Positions 9,851 through 20,539 are shown, numbered from the stretch's first letter. The stretch: DNA of 64,000 bases from Myxococcales bacterium (GCA_009692555.1 SHYY01000010.1:20-64019), one strand, 5' to 3'. Notes: a model not told the origin generated them from the letters alone. Made by a program: numbers and translations.

Positions 9851-10288
9851 ATGAGAGCCTTTCTGCCTGCGCTCCTGGCGGCCGCCCTTGCCGCGGTCGG
9901 CTGCACCGACAACGGCGTCGGGCGCAAGTGCATCAATCCGTCGGACGCGGGGATCCAGGGCACGGCCGTCGCGTCGCCCGCCCTCGAGTGCCCGACCCGC
10001 CTGTGCCTGCTCCAGGGCGAGATCGGCGGCGCGATCACGCGCTCCACATGCACCGCGGAGTGCCAGACCGACGAGGACTGCCAGAACGCGGTCAGCGGCA
10101 GCGCGAAGGAGCAGCTGTGCAACGGCGGCTTCGTGTGCGCCGTGTCGGCGGTGGCGGGGTCCTTCAAGTGCAAGAAGTTTTGCGTGTGCAAGGAAGACCT
10201 GAGGTGCGGCTTCAACTCGGATCTCGACGGGGGAGTGATCACGCCCTCGTCCTGTCCGAATCCGAGCCCGACGCCCAGCTGCCAGTAG
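9851..10288 (+). CDS. Cys-rich lipoprotein
   Basis: 145 aa. Lipobox LAAVGC after a signal peptide, 14 further Cys residues, and a good SD sequence. Confidence 0.7.
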   Translation: MRAFLPALLAAALAAVGCTDNGVGRKCINPSDAGIQGTAVASPALECPTRLCLLQGEIGGAITRSTCTAECQTDEDCQNAVSGSAKEQLCNGGFVCAVSAVAGSFKCKKFCVCKEDLRCGFNSDLDGGVITPSSCPNPSPTPSCQ

Positions 10289-10310
10289 GGGCCTCCCACC
10301 CTCACCCCGG

Positions 10311-10334
10311 CCCTCTCCCGCTGGCGGGAGAGGG
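10311..10334. terminator. GC-rich hairpin between convergent genes (REP-like, shared motif with 46492-46524)
   Basis: CCCTCTCCCG-ctgg-CGGGAGAGGG, a perfect 10-bp stem between the lipoprotein stop (10288) and the yraN stop (10345). No U-tract. Confidence 0.35.
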
Positions 10335-10344
10335 AGCAGCCTTC

Positions 10345-10698
10345 TCAATCCTCCATTCCGAAGGCGTCCCGGATCAGCACTGGCGCGCCCTCGCCGTCGA
10401 TGGTGACCACGTCGAAGCGGCAGGCGCGTTCGGCGGCGCCTCGGCTCATGAGGTAGTGCTCGGCGGCGCGGGTGATGTGGCGGCGCTTGGCGGGGGAGAT
10501 CGTCTCGACGGCGGCGCCGTGGCGGTCGCCGGTGCGCATCCGCACCTCGACGAAGCACAGCACCGCGCCCTCTTCGACGACGAGATCGATCTCGCCGAGG
10601 CGGCAGGTGTAGTTGCGCTCGAGGATGCGGTAGCCGAGTCGTTCGAGGTGCTGCGCGGCCCGTCGCTCCGCCTCGTTTCCGAGGGCGCGACGGTTCAC
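10345..10698 (-). CDS. yraN: YraN-family (UPF0102) endonuclease-like protein
   Basis: GTG start at 10698 gives 117 aa. EAERRAAQHLERLGYRILERNYTCRLGEIDLVVEE...VEVR pattern typical of UPF0102. Follows rplS, as in many bacteria. Confidence 0.75.
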   Translation of the reverse strand: MNRRALGNEAERRAAQHLERLGYRILERNYTCRLGEIDLVVEEGAVLCFVEVRMRTGDRHGAAVETISPAKRRHITRAAEHYLMSRGAAERACRFDVVTIDGEGAPVLIRDAFGMED

Positions 10699-10703
10699 AA
10701 GAG

Positions 10704-11069
10704 CTAGTCCTGCTCGCGGATGCGGGCGGCCTTGCCGGCGCGGCCGCGGAGGTAGTTCAGGTTCGCGCGTCGCACGCGGCCGCGCGAGACGACCTCGACC
10801 TTCTCGATCCGCGGGGTGTGCATCGGGAAGATGCGCTCCACGCCCACCCCGTAGGAGACCTTGCGCACGGTGAACGTGGCGCGCGAGACTGCGTGGTGTT
10901 TCTTGATGCACACGCCCTCGAACACCTGGGTGCGCTCCTTCTCGCCTTCCTTGATCAGCACGTGCACCTTGACGGTGTCACCGACGCGGAAGGGGGGGAA
11001 AGGCACCTTGCGGAGCTGCTTGGCTTCAATCGCGGAAATCGTGGGGCAGGCGTCGCTCATCGTGGTCAT
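10704..11069 (-). CDS. rplS: 50S ribosomal protein L19
   Basis: Start at ATG 11069 gives 121 aa. [29 protein letters not shown]...RRANLNYLR is a canonical L19 sequence. Confidence 0.93.
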   Translation of the reverse strand: MTTMSDACPTISAIEAKQLRKVPFPPFRVGDTVKVHVLIKEGEKERTQVFEGVCIKKHHAVSRATFTVRKVSYGVGVERIFPMHTPRIEKVEVVSRGRVRRANLNYLRGRAGKAARIREQD

Positions 11070-11083
11070 GGTTCCGTGCTCCT

Positions 11084-11659
11084 TCACTCGCGGTCGCCGA
11101 ACAGCCGGTCCAGCAGGATCGCGGCGGCCGATCGGACAGAAAGGTGGTTGTAATCGGCCGCTCCCTGGATCGGGGCGAGGACACGATCTACTCGATCTAC
11201 CACCTCGTCCGCAAGCCCCCATCCGGTACCGAGGAGGATCAGGAGCGGACGGGGCGATGCGGCGGCTTCCGCCACCAGGGCTTGGCAGCCGACCTGATCG
11301 GGGCGCCTCCGGGCGGTCGTGGCGACGGTGAACGGCTCGCTTCCGGAGGCGGTGGCGACCGCGGCGCGGGAGGCGGCGACCGACTCGTGCACCTCGACCG
11401 GGTCGAGCGCCTGGCGGCGAAAATCGTTCATCGCCGCGCCCTCTCCGGAGCGCCAGTGGCCGATGATCCTGGAGGCGAGATCGCGCTGCGCCAGCACCGG
11501 GGTCACGAGGTGGTAGCCGGCCAGCCCGTAGGTGCGGCTCGATCGGGCGATGTCATGGATGTCGAGGTTGGTGATCGCGGTGGTGATGATCCGGCGATCG
11601 CGGTCGTGGACCGGGTGATGGACCAGCGCCACCCAGGTCCTGGCGGGGAGGGTGTTCAA
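11084..11659 (-). CDS. SAM-dependent RNA methyltransferase-like protein (SPOUT-like)
   Basis: 191 aa between trmD and rplS. Contains [17 protein letters not shown] and [11 protein letters not shown]...[17 protein letters not shown] motifs. Overlaps the trmD stop by 4 nt. Confidence 0.55.
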   Translation of the reverse strand: MNTLPARTWVALVHHPVHDRDRRIITTAITNLDIHDIARSSRTYGLAGYHLVTPVLAQRDLASRIIGHWRSGEGAAMNDFRRQALDPVEVHESVAASRAAVATASGSEPFTVATTARRRPDQVGCQALVAEAAASPRPLLILLGTGWGLADEVVDRVDRVLAPIQGAADYNHLSVRSAAAILLDRLFGDRE

Positions 11660-12381
11660 GGCTCCTTCCCGTCGAGGAGCGCGCGATCCTTGTCGCTGAG
11701 TGGGAGGCGCGAGAAGAGATCGGGGCGGCGCTCGCGGGTGCGGCGGAGCGCCTCGCGGCGGCGCCAGAGGCGGACCCGCGCATGGTCGCCCGAGAGCAGC
11801 GCCTCGGGGACGGGGAGGCCGCGGAAATCGGGGGGGCGTGTGTAGTGCGGATACTCGAGGAGCCCGTGCTCGAACGACTCGTCGAACGGCGATTCCGCGT
11901 TGCCGAGGACGCCGGGGATCCGGCGGGCGATGGCGTCGATTAGCACCAGCGCGCCGAGCTCGCCGCCCGAGAGGACGTAGTCGCCGAGGGAGATCTCCTC
12001 GTCGACCAGCGATCGAATCCGCTCGTCAAAGCCCTCGTAGCGCCCGCAGACGAACAGCAGCCGCTGCTCGCGGGCGAGGCGCACCACCTCGGGCTGCGCG
12101 AGCGGCCTCCCCGACGGACAGAGCAGCACCTTCCGCGCTGGCCCGCGCGCGCCCTCGACCGCCGCGATCGCCTGCGCGATCGGCTCGGGGCGCATCACCA
12201 TCCCGCCGCCGCCGCCGTAGGGTGCGTCGTCGACCGAGCGGTGCTTGCCGACCGAGAAGTCGCGGGGGTCGGTGAGGTGCACCGCGAGCAGGCCTTTCTC
12301 GATCGCCTTGCCGAGCAGCGACGCGCCGAGCACCGACGGAAAGATCTCGGGGAAGAGGGTGAGGACCTCGAAGGTGATCAT
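11656..12381 (-). CDS. trmD: tRNA (guanine37-N1)-methyltransferase
   Basis: 241 aa. MITFEVLTLFPEIF...DDAPYGGGGGMVM...GRYEGFDERI...SLGDYVLSGGE are canonical TrmD motifs. Confidence 0.93.
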   Translation of the reverse strand: MITFEVLTLFPEIFPSVLGASLLGKAIEKGLLAVHLTDPRDFSVGKHRSVDDAPYGGGGGMVMRPEPIAQAIAAVEGARGPARKVLLCPSGRPLAQPEVVRLAREQRLLFVCGRYEGFDERIRSLVDEEISLGDYVLSGGELGALVLIDAIARRIPGVLGNAESPFDESFEHGLLEYPHYTRPPDFRGLPVPEALLSGDHARVRLWRRREALRRTRERRPDLFSRLPLSDKDRALLDGKEP

Positions 12382-12896
12382 GGGTCCAGCAGCCCCTCGG
12401 GCGGGTCACAGACGATCACCCGCGCGGCGATGTCGACCGAGAGGACGATCGGCTCGATGAACGGCACGAGGCCCTCCCGTCCGTCGGGGCGCTCGATCAC
12501 CAGCAGCTCGTGGGCGCCCGACGGGTAGACCTGCTTGACCGTTCCCAGGGGGGCTCCTGCGCCGTCGACCACCGCGCAGCCGACCAGATCGGCGACGTAG
12601 ACCTCGTCGTCCGGGGGCGCCGGAAGCTGGTCGCGGGGTGCCCGCAGCGATTTTCCGCGGAGCGCGTCGGCGGCGTCACGATCGTCGACGCCCCGCAGCT
12701 TGACCAGCCACCCACCATCGGTGCGCGCGGCCGACTCGATCGCCACCTCCACACCTGTTGCGCCGTCGCGCTCGCCGAGGAACACGCGGGAGAGCTGACC
12801 CAGAGAGTCCGAGCTGCCCTCGACCCGCACCTGCCCCCGCACGCCGTGCGCGCGAGCGACGTACCCGACACCGATCAGGGGGGACTGCGAAGACAA
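12378..12896 (-). CDS. rimM: 16S rRNA processing protein RimM
   Basis: 172 aa. IGVGYVARAHGVRGQVRV and the C-terminal PRC-barrel-like part. Lies in the rpsP-rimM-trmD-rplS context. Confidence 0.88.
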   Translation of the reverse strand: MSSQSPLIGVGYVARAHGVRGQVRVEGSSDSLGQLSRVFLGERDGATGVEVAIESAARTDGGWLVKLRGVDDRDAADALRGKSLRAPRDQLPAPPDDEVYVADLVGCAVVDGAGAPLGTVKQVYPSGAHELLVIERPDGREGLVPFIEPIVLSVDIAARVIVCDPPEGLLDP

Positions 12897-12904
12897 CCCG
12901 ACGA

Positions 12905-13165
12905 CTACTCGAGGATCTCGAGCACCGCGCGCTTGCGGCTCTTGGTCGTCGCTGCGGAGAGGACGGTGCGGAGGGCCCGCGCGGTGCGTCCCTGCTTGCC
13001 GATCACCTTGCCGAGATCTTCCTTGGCGACGATCAGCTCGTAGACCGTGGTGTCCCCCTCATCGACCTCATCCACCTCCACCGCGTCGGGCTGGTCGACG
13101 AGTGTCCGGGCGAGAAACTGGATCAGGTCCTTGATGGAGGCCGTGCTGTCGCTGCCGCCGCTCAT
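12905..13165 (-). CDS. KH-domain RNA-binding protein (YlqC/UPF0109-like)
   Basis: 86 aa. [13 protein letters not shown]...[24 protein letters not shown] contains the KH GxxG motif. Lies between rpsP and rimM. Confidence 0.85.
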   Translation of the reverse strand: MSGGSDSTASIKDLIQFLARTLVDQPDAVEVDEVDEGDTTVYELIVAKEDLGKVIGKQGRTARALRTVLSAATTKSRKRAVLEILE

Positions 13166-13176
13166 GATGGATCCGA

Positions 13177-13434
13177 TCAGGGCTGCGCTGCAGCCGCCTT
13201 GCGGGAAACCTTGATCAGCTCGCCGACCGTCGCCGAGGGCTGCGCGCCGACCGACAGCCAGTGCTGGAGGCGCGGCTCGTCGAAGCGGATCTGGGCGGGC
13301 TCGGCGAGCGGATCGTAGATCCCGATGTGCTCGATGAAGCGCCCGTCGCGCGGCGAGCGGGAGTCGGTCGCCACGACGCGATAGAAGGGGGTCTTCTTGC
13401 CGCCCATGCGAGAGAGTCGGATATGAACTGCCAT
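13177..13434 (-). CDS. rpsP: 30S ribosomal protein S16
   Basis: 85 aa. [40 protein letters not shown] is a canonical S16 sequence. Confidence 0.93.
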   Translation of the reverse strand: MAVHIRLSRMGGKKTPFYRVVATDSRSPRDGRFIEHIGIYDPLAEPAQIRFDEPRLQHWLSVGAQPSATVGELIKVSRKAAAAQP

Positions 13435-13557
13435 CGGTCCTCGGTGCCTCCAGTTGTGCTGGGAGGCGGGAATTTACTGGTGGAGGCAGGGGGTGTCAAG
13501 GACGATCGGGTTTGGACTGGGTTTGGACCGGCCGCCGCGGTGCCTTCGACGGTGTCG

Positions 13558-14322
<765 letters not shown>

Positions 14323-14430
14323 GTGCGTCGCCGAGCTTAGGGAGGGCCCCCGGGACTGTCAACGTCAGGCGCGTTGGCACGTCAGGCGCCGTTGACTTGC
14401 CGCCCGTCGCGCGGCTAGCCTCGTCCCGGC

Positions 14431-16020
14431 ATGGCCGCCGCGACCACGGAGAAGCGCAGACAGATCTGGATCTACCCGATCGCACTGCTCGGCGCGTCGG
14501 CGGCGATTATTTTTGTCTCCTTCTACCTGATCGACTGGTGGCGCTGGGCGCCGGCCTTCGCCAAGCCCTCCGCGTTCAGCCTCCTGTTCACCTACGAGGC
14601 CGGGACGGCGCAGAACGCCCTCGGCAACCTGGCGCAGGTCGTCACCGCGGTGCTCGGCATCGTCATCACCGTTGTCAGCATCGTGGTCCAGCTCGCCGCC
14701 ACCCGTTACACGCCGCGCGTGGCGGAGATGTTCTTCCGCGACCGCACCAACCTCGCCGTCCTCGGCTTCTTCGTCGTCGCCGGGATCGATGCGGTGTGGG
14801 TGAGCCTCTCGGTGAGCGACCACTTCGTCCCGGAGATCTCGATCGCCGCCACGCTCATCCTGGTGACGCTGAGCGTGCTCCTGATGGTCCCCTACTTCGC
14901 CTACGTGTTCGCCTTCCTCGACCCGGAGAGGGTGGTCTCGCGGATCCAGGAGCAGGCGCTCGCCTCGGCGCTCTCGGTGGCTGGGGAGGTGCCGCACCGG
15001 CAGCTCCGCGTGCTCCAGTCGATCGAGCAGCTCACCGACGTGGCGATGAACGCGATCACCCAGAAGGACAAGCTGATCGCCCAGGGCGCGGTCGATGCGC
15101 TGAAGGAGCTGGCGGCGAGCTACCTGCCGCGCAAGCTGGGCGCCGAGACCGGCTGGTTCGAGATCGGTCCGAAGCTGCGCCAGAACCCCGACTTCGTCTC
15201 GATGTCCGGCGAGTCGGTCGACGATCTCGCGCAGCGCAAGGTATGGCTGGAGTGGAAGGTGCTCCGGCAATACCAGACCATCTACAACGAGTCGCTCGGC
15301 GTGATGCAGGACATGAATCATCTCGTCGCGATCGACACGCGCTACATCGGCGAGGCGGCGCTCGCCGTCGGTGACCGGCAGGCGCTCGGGCTGGTGGTGA
15401 AGTTCTTCAACACGTACCTGCGCGCGACGCTGAACGAGAAGCAGGTGCGGGTCGCCTACAACGTGCTGAACCAGTACCGGCAGCTGTGCGAGCGGATGAT
15501 CGAGGCCGGGCTCGACGACACGGCGGTCGAGGTGGCGGGCCACCTGCGCTACTACGGGCAGCTCGCGCACTCGTTCAAGCTGCGCTTCGTCACCGAGACG
15601 GTGGGCTACGACATCGCGACGCTGTGCGAGGTGGCCTTCGCACGCAAGGCACCCTGCCACGACCGCGTCCTGCGGGTGCTCCTCGAGCTCGATCACAAGG
15701 CCGAGACCGAGGAGCAGGAGCAGATGCTGCGTGGCGTGCGCAAGGCGCAGGCGAAGCTGGCCACCTTCTATCTGGTCGCCGGGGAGGAGCGGCCCGCGCG
15801 GTCGATCGCCGACGACATGCAGGAGGAGCTGCCGGCGCGCCTGCGCTCGATCCGCGACGAACTGCTCGGGATCACCAGCAAGGACTTCTGGGAGGTGATC
15901 GACCGCGGCACCAACTTCGACTACCTGGACGCGCCTCGCAAGGAGAAGCTGCGCGAGTTCTTCGGCTGGTTCCCGTCGCTCCGCCCGCAGACGCCGCCGG
16001 TCGGCTCGGCGATCGGCTGA
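14431..16020 (+). CDS. membrane protein, DUF2254-like
   Basis: 529 aa starting at ATG. Four N-terminal hydrophobic helices followed by a large soluble domain, with ordinary composition. The family assignment is from memory only. Confidence 0.6.
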   Translation: MAAATTEKRRQIWIYPIALLGASAAIIFVSFYLIDWWRWAPAFAKPSAFSLLFTYEAGTAQNALGNLAQVVTAVLGIVITVVSIVVQLAATRYTPRVAEMFFRDRTNLAVLGFFVVAGIDAVWVSLSVSDHFVPEISIAATLILVTLSVLLMVPYFAYVFAFLDPERVVSRIQEQALASALSVAGEVPHRQLRVLQSIEQLTDVAMNAITQKDKLIAQGAVDALKELAASYLPRKLGAETGWFEIGPKLRQNPDFVSMSGESVDDLAQRKVWLEWKVLRQYQTIYNESLGVMQDMNHLVAIDTRYIGEAALAVGDRQALGLVVKFFNTYLRATLNEKQVRVAYNVLNQYRQLCERMIEAGLDDTAVEVAGHLRYYGQLAHSFKLRFVTETVGYDIATLCEVAFARKAPCHDRVLRVLLELDHKAETEEQEQMLRGVRKAQAKLATFYLVAGEERPARSIADDMQEELPARLRSIRDELLGITSKDFWEVIDRGTNFDYLDAPRKEKLREFFGWFPSLRPQTPPVGSAIG

Positions 16021-16057
16021 AGTTCGTCAACCACCCGTTTTCCAAAGAGGATTCGCC

Positions 16058-16747
16058 ATGCGCTCACTGCAACTCCCGATCGTGATCCTGCTCGCCGTCG
16101 GCTGCGGCTCCGGCCCGAAGTACAAGGTCGACGACGTCTCCCTCGCGCCGATTCCGATCGCCGAAAAGCAGGCGATCTTCGCCGCGCAGAACGAGATCTC
16201 CGTCGCGCGGAGCGAGAGGCAGAAGGCGGATGCGGACGTCGCGGCGACGGAGAAGGAGATCATCAGCGCCGAGAGCGAGCACGAGCAGGCCAAGCTCGAG
16301 ACGAAGAAGGCGCAGCTCGGCGCCGACGAGCAAAAGAAGCTGGGCGATGCGACCAAGCTCACACAGGCGGCGCGCGAGCTGGAGGTCGCCGAGGCCGGCC
16401 AGCACGCCGCGTCGGTGAAGATCGACTGGCTCTCGAAGCGCAAGAAGTGGCAAAGGGAGCAGGGCGAGGCGGCGGACGCGCACGCCACCCTCGCCGAATC
16501 GAAGGTGGAGCTGGAGAAGGCGCGGCTGGCCTCGTCCAAGGGGATCAAGCCGAATCCCGACTTCAAGCTCGAGAACTTCGCCGACGACTTCGCGAGTAAG
16601 GCGAAGGCGTGGAGCGCGGCGAAGCGGCAGGTGGAGGACCGCCAGACCGAGGTCGACCGCCTCGGCGACTCCTGGCGCCAGCTCGTCGCCCAGCATACCC
16701 AGATGCGCGCGCCCGCTCCCGCCGCGACCCCCGCAGCGACGAAGTAG
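16058..16747 (+). CDS. coiled-coil lipoprotein
   Basis: 229 aa. Lipobox LLAVGC, a Glu/Lys/Ala-rich heptad-like body, and SD AAGAGG upstream. Confidence 0.7.
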   Translation: MRSLQLPIVILLAVGCGSGPKYKVDDVSLAPIPIAEKQAIFAAQNEISVARSERQKADADVAATEKEIISAESEHEQAKLETKKAQLGADEQKKLGDATKLTQAARELEVAEAGQHAASVKIDWLSKRKKWQREQGEAADAHATLAESKVELEKARLASSKGIKPNPDFKLENFADDFASKAKAWSAAKRQVEDRQTEVDRLGDSWRQLVAQHTQMRAPAPAATPAATK

Positions 16748-16787
16748 CCTCTCGTCTGCGACGAGTTTCCGACGAAGTTTCCGACGG

Positions 16788-17123
16788 GGGTGCTTAACAG
16801 CGGAGGGGGCCCTCTTGCTGGCTCTTGCTCGTCACGTAGTCGTAGTCGTAGTCGTAGTCGTCCCGTCCGCAGCGACGGCAATCGAACTTCCTCCCGCAAC
16901 AAATTCCTCCTGCCAACCGACCACCCTGACCACAAACGAGGATGCCCATTCTGGCCTACCAGAAGCTCGACGTCACAGGCCATGGAGTTGCTGACCCGCA
17001 TCGTGGAGATGCTCACGCGCATGTGCCGGAGAGGTGATCCCCCGCGCGAGAGTGCCCCTGAATCGACTACGACTACGACTACGACTACGTGAGCGGAAGG
17101 ACCCCCTTCTCCGTTAAGCACCC
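16788..17123 (+). mobile_element. 336-bp internally deleted (MITE-like) copy of the element at 22316-22915
   Basis: Ends are GGGTGCTTAAC...GTTAAGCACCC. Subterminal (GTAGTC)4 lies at 16836-16859 and (GACTAC)4 at 17065-17088. Flanked by TTCCGACGG / TTCCGACCT. Keeps only the first about 11 codons and the last about 20 codons of the cargo gene. Confidence 0.75.
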
Positions 17124-17213
17124 TTCCGACCTTCCGACGGCCGCCGGTTGACCCGTCGTCGCCCCTTCGCTACTCTCGCACCAGGCAGCCGCAGGCCCTG
17201 CCACCGAGGAGCG

Positions 17214-18758
17214 ATGGAGGCCCAGGTCCAGGACGATTCGCCGCGAATACTCGTCGTTGACGACGAGAAGGTCATCCGCGAGGTCCTCTCGGACTTCCTG
17301 ACGATGGAGGGCTATGTGGTGCGCACCGTCGAGGACGGCGAGAGCGCCTTCCGCGAGCTGCAGCGCCGCAGCTACAACCTCGTCATCTCGGACATGAAGA
17401 TGCCCAACATGGGCGGGCTCGAGCTGCTCGAGAAGATCGCCGAGGCGAAGATCAACGTCCTGGTGGTGATCATGACCGGCTTCGGCACGGTCGAGACGGC
17501 GATCGAGGCGATGAAGAAGGGCGCCTGCGACTACCTCCTCAAGCCGTTCAAGATCGAGGAGGTGGTGCGGGTGGTCCAGCGCGGCCTCGACCGCCAGCGC
17601 CTTCAGGAGGAGAACATCCGCCTCAAGGAGGCGGTCAGCATCTACAAGATCTCCGAGGCGATCGCCACCTCGCTCCAGATCGACCAGATTCTCGACGTGA
17701 TCCTCGAGGCGACGGTGCAGGAGGTGGCGGCGGATCTCGTGACGCTGATCATGCGCGACCCGGTCACCGGGCAGTACGTAGAGCGCTCGCGCAAGTACGG
17801 AGCGAACTCCGCGGGCGACGATCGCTCGGTCGGGCGCGTCGACACCGCCGAGGTCTTACGCCATTTCAAGAGCGACCTCCCGCTGCTGGCGCACGGGCTC
17901 CAGGCGATGCGCTTCTTCTCCGAGGCGCCCGAGGACAAGCGCCTGGTCTCGTTCTGCTCGATCCCGCTCAAGGTGCAGGACCGCGTGATCGGGATGCTCA
18001 ACGCCTACTCGTACACGCGCGGGCAGCGCTTCTCGGAGGGGCAGCGCAAGCTCCTCTCGGTGCTCGCCTCGCGCGCCGCCGTGTCGATCGAGAACGCGCG
18101 CCTCTACCAGGACCTCGTCGGGCGCAACCGCGATCTCGCCAAGATCAACCTCTCGCTCGAGGAGAACTTCAAGGCCACCATCATCGGATTCGCCCACGCC
18201 CTCGAGGAGTCCGACCGCTACACGCGCGGGCACTCCGAGCGGGTGAGCTTCTACTCCAGCCTGGTCGCCGAGGGGCTCGGGATGAGCCCGGCCGAGATCC
18301 AGACGGTGGTGCAGGCCGGGCTGATGCACGACATCGGCAAGATCGGCATCCGCTACGAGAAGCTGAACAAGCCCGGCAAGCTCACCCCCGAGGAGATGGC
18401 GATGTTCCGCACCCACCCCGCGAAGGGAAAGCGGATCCTCGAACCGATCCCGTTCATGCTCGAGATCATCCCCGGCGCGTGGTGCCACCACGAGAACTGG
18501 GACGGCTCCGGCTATCCGCGCGGGCTGATGGGGGATAACATCCCGATTCTCGGGCGGATTGTGGCGGTCGCCGACGCCTACGACGCGATGACCTCGGATC
18601 GTTCCTACCGCAAGGCGCTGCCGCACGAGGTGGCCGTGGGTGAGGTCGAGCGCTGCGCGGGGGCGCAGTTCGACGACCGGCTGGTCGGCGTGTTCACCCG
18701 GAAGCTCGAAGAGCATCGTAGAGCGGAGCAGTCAGCCGGGCACGATGTGCTGCGGTGA
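17214..18758 (+). CDS. response regulator with REC-GAF-HD-GYP architecture (RpfG-like c-di-GMP phosphodiesterase)
   Basis: Start at ATG 17214 (MEAQVQDDSPRILVVDDEK). REC motifs are DD...D(MKMP)...K. A GAF-like middle region is followed by HD-GYP motifs (HSERV, HDIGKIG, GSGYPRGL). Confidence 0.85.
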   Translation: MEAQVQDDSPRILVVDDEKVIREVLSDFLTMEGYVVRTVEDGESAFRELQRRSYNLVISDMKMPNMGGLELLEKIAEAKINVLVVIMTGFGTVETAIEAMKKGACDYLLKPFKIEEVVRVVQRGLDRQRLQEENIRLKEAVSIYKISEAIATSLQIDQILDVILEATVQEVAADLVTLIMRDPVTGQYVERSRKYGANSAGDDRSVGRVDTAEVLRHFKSDLPLLAHGLQAMRFFSEAPEDKRLVSFCSIPLKVQDRVIGMLNAYSYTRGQRFSEGQRKLLSVLASRAAVSIENARLYQDLVGRNRDLAKINLSLEENFKATIIGFAHALEESDRYTRGHSERVSFYSSLVAEGLGMSPAEIQTVVQAGLMHDIGKIGIRYEKLNKPGKLTPEEMAMFRTHPAKGKRILEPIPFMLEIIPGAWCHHENWDGSGYPRGLMGDNIPILGRIVAVADAYDAMTSDRSYRKALPHEVAVGEVERCAGAQFDDRLVGVFTRKLEEHRRAEQSAGHDVLR

Positions 18759-18820
18759 CGCGACCCGGCTTGAATCGAAGCGCCCCGGAGGCGCGAAGTT
18801 GACGTAAGGAGGTACCTGTC

Positions 18821-20476
18821 GTGCGACTCGTTGGATTGGCACTGCTCTCTGCGTGGCTGGTTGCGTGGGCGGTCTCGCCGCACGGGGAGGTCAAGCGGCA
18901 GACCTCGATCGTGGGTGGGGTGGCGGTGGCAGGCGGCGACCTTGCTGCGGCGGCCTGGCTGGAGCTGCGGCACGGCGCGGTCGACGGGATCCTGCACGTG
19001 GTGACCGTCGACGAGAACGGGCGGGTGACCGAGCAGCTCAGGCTGCCCGCCAGCGCGGACACGGCCTCCTTCCGCCTCGCCGACGCGGGTGCGGGCGCCT
19101 TCGTGCTGGCGACCGACCGGCGCTCCGCGAGCGGCAGCGTGCTCGAGTTCCACCGCTTCGGCGCGGCGGACGCAGCACAGCCCCCCGATCTCGAGCTGGA
19201 GGCGCCCGATCTCGACCCGGAGGCACAGGCCACGCACGCGGCGCAGTGGCAGATCGCCGCAGCGGGGGACCAGCTGGTCGTCCTCCAGACGATCTCCGGT
19301 GCCACCAACAACCTGCTCTGGACGCTCGACGGCAACGGGCGATGGGCGGGCGCGACTGCGGGCGGGCGGAAGCTGATCGGCGCCGGTGGCGGCCACACGG
19401 TGGTGTACTCGGACGGATGGCGCGGAGAGGGCGGTATGAGCGTCGCCCCGGGTCGCGCGGAGGGGTGGGTCGCGGAGGTGTCGCGGCCGGTCTGCTTCGC
19501 CGATGGGGGGCCGGCGCCGACGGTGACCTCCGTGGTCGGGCTGCGCGGAGGCTACGCGCGCCTGTCGCGGCGCGGATGGGCGGGTTGCGTCGACGGGATC
19601 CGGGACGGGAAGCCGTTCGCCTATCGCAACGTGCCGCTCGCCGGGATCGCCGCGGCGCGGCTCCTGTGCGACGACGCGGGGCGCCTCGTGGTGCACGAGG
19701 ATCAGGACGCGGCCCAGGTGACCCAGCGGCGGATCATCCTGCCCGAAAAGCCCGGCGCCTCGTTCGGGATCGATGCCCGCACGGTCAACCCCGCCTTCGC
19801 CACCGAGGGCGTGCGCTACCGGCTGTTCGGCGGCGGCGGCCACGCCGGCGTCACCACCCTCGCCACCCAGGTCGCCGACCACCAGACCCAGGTCGTGCTC
19901 GAACGGAATGGCGTCGGGCAGGCCAGCGTCCTCGCGCCGGTCCGGCGCTATCAGCCGGATCACCGGCCCGCGCTCCGGGCGCTCGCCCTCGGGCCACTCC
20001 TGGTGCTGCTCGCTGGCGCGCTCCAGGCGTGGCGCCGGATGGCCCGGCTGCGCCGCGTAACTCCCGTCGCTGCGGGTGTGCCGCTCGCCGCGGGTCCGAT
20101 CGCGATCGAGGGCGAGCTGGCGGTGGATGCCGAGGCGCCCGCCGGAGGCCTCCGGATGCGCCTGGGCAGCACGCTTGTGACCCTGTTCATCGAGGGAGCC
20201 GCCGTCCTCCGCGCCTCGGATGTCCGTCCGCGCAACCAGCCCCGCGGCGACGCGGTCGATGTGGCCTCCGGCGCGAGCGTGGTCGCCACCGGCACGCTCG
20301 ATCCCGGCGCGCTCTACCGCGGCGAGGCGACGCTGCGCGCACGCGCCGGCGATCTGGTCCTGGTCGGCTGCACGCTCGCCGAGGCCCGCGCCCGCCTCGC
20401 GGCCCGCCTGTTCAGCGCGCTCGCCCTGCTCGCCACCGCCGGCGCAATCGTCCTCTCCCTCGCCCTCCGTCGCTGA
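18821..20476 (+). CDS. hypothetical membrane-anchored protein
   Basis: 551 aa from a GTG start. N-terminal signal/anchor, internal and C-terminal hydrophobic helices. Its composition is more protein-like than the overlapping Arg-rich frames. I recognise no motif. Confidence 0.5.
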   Translation: MRLVGLALLSAWLVAWAVSPHGEVKRQTSIVGGVAVAGGDLAAAAWLELRHGAVDGILHVVTVDENGRVTEQLRLPASADTASFRLADAGAGAFVLATDRRSASGSVLEFHRFGAADAAQPPDLELEAPDLDPEAQATHAAQWQIAAAGDQLVVLQTISGATNNLLWTLDGNGRWAGATAGGRKLIGAGGGHTVVYSDGWRGEGGMSVAPGRAEGWVAEVSRPVCFADGGPAPTVTSVVGLRGGYARLSRRGWAGCVDGIRDGKPFAYRNVPLAGIAAARLLCDDAGRLVVHEDQDAAQVTQRRIILPEKPGASFGIDARTVNPAFATEGVRYRLFGGGGHAGVTTLATQVADHQTQVVLERNGVGQASVLAPVRRYQPDHRPALRALALGPLLVLLAGALQAWRRMARLRRVTPVAAGVPLAAGPIAIEGELAVDAEAPAGGLRMRLGSTLVTLFIEGAAVLRASDVRPRNQPRGDAVDVASGASVVATGTLDPGALYRGEATLRARAGDLVLVGCTLAEARARLAARLFSALALLATAGAIVLSLALRR

Positions 20477-20539
20477 TCCCCGCGTGCCACCGCGGGCCCG
20501 TCCATTGACATGTGGATCACATGCAACTAGCGTGATTGC

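Noticed and set aside
16790-17092. ORFs reading MLNSGGGPLAGSCSSRSRSRSR...ESTTTTTTTT (16790..17092 + and 22347..22913 -) as a conserved duplicated protein.
   Set aside because: These frames run through the terminal inverted repeats and translate the hexamer microsatellites (RSRSRS, TTTTTT). The similarity between the two is nucleotide-level repeat identity. Only the internal four-helix-bundle segment is protein-like.
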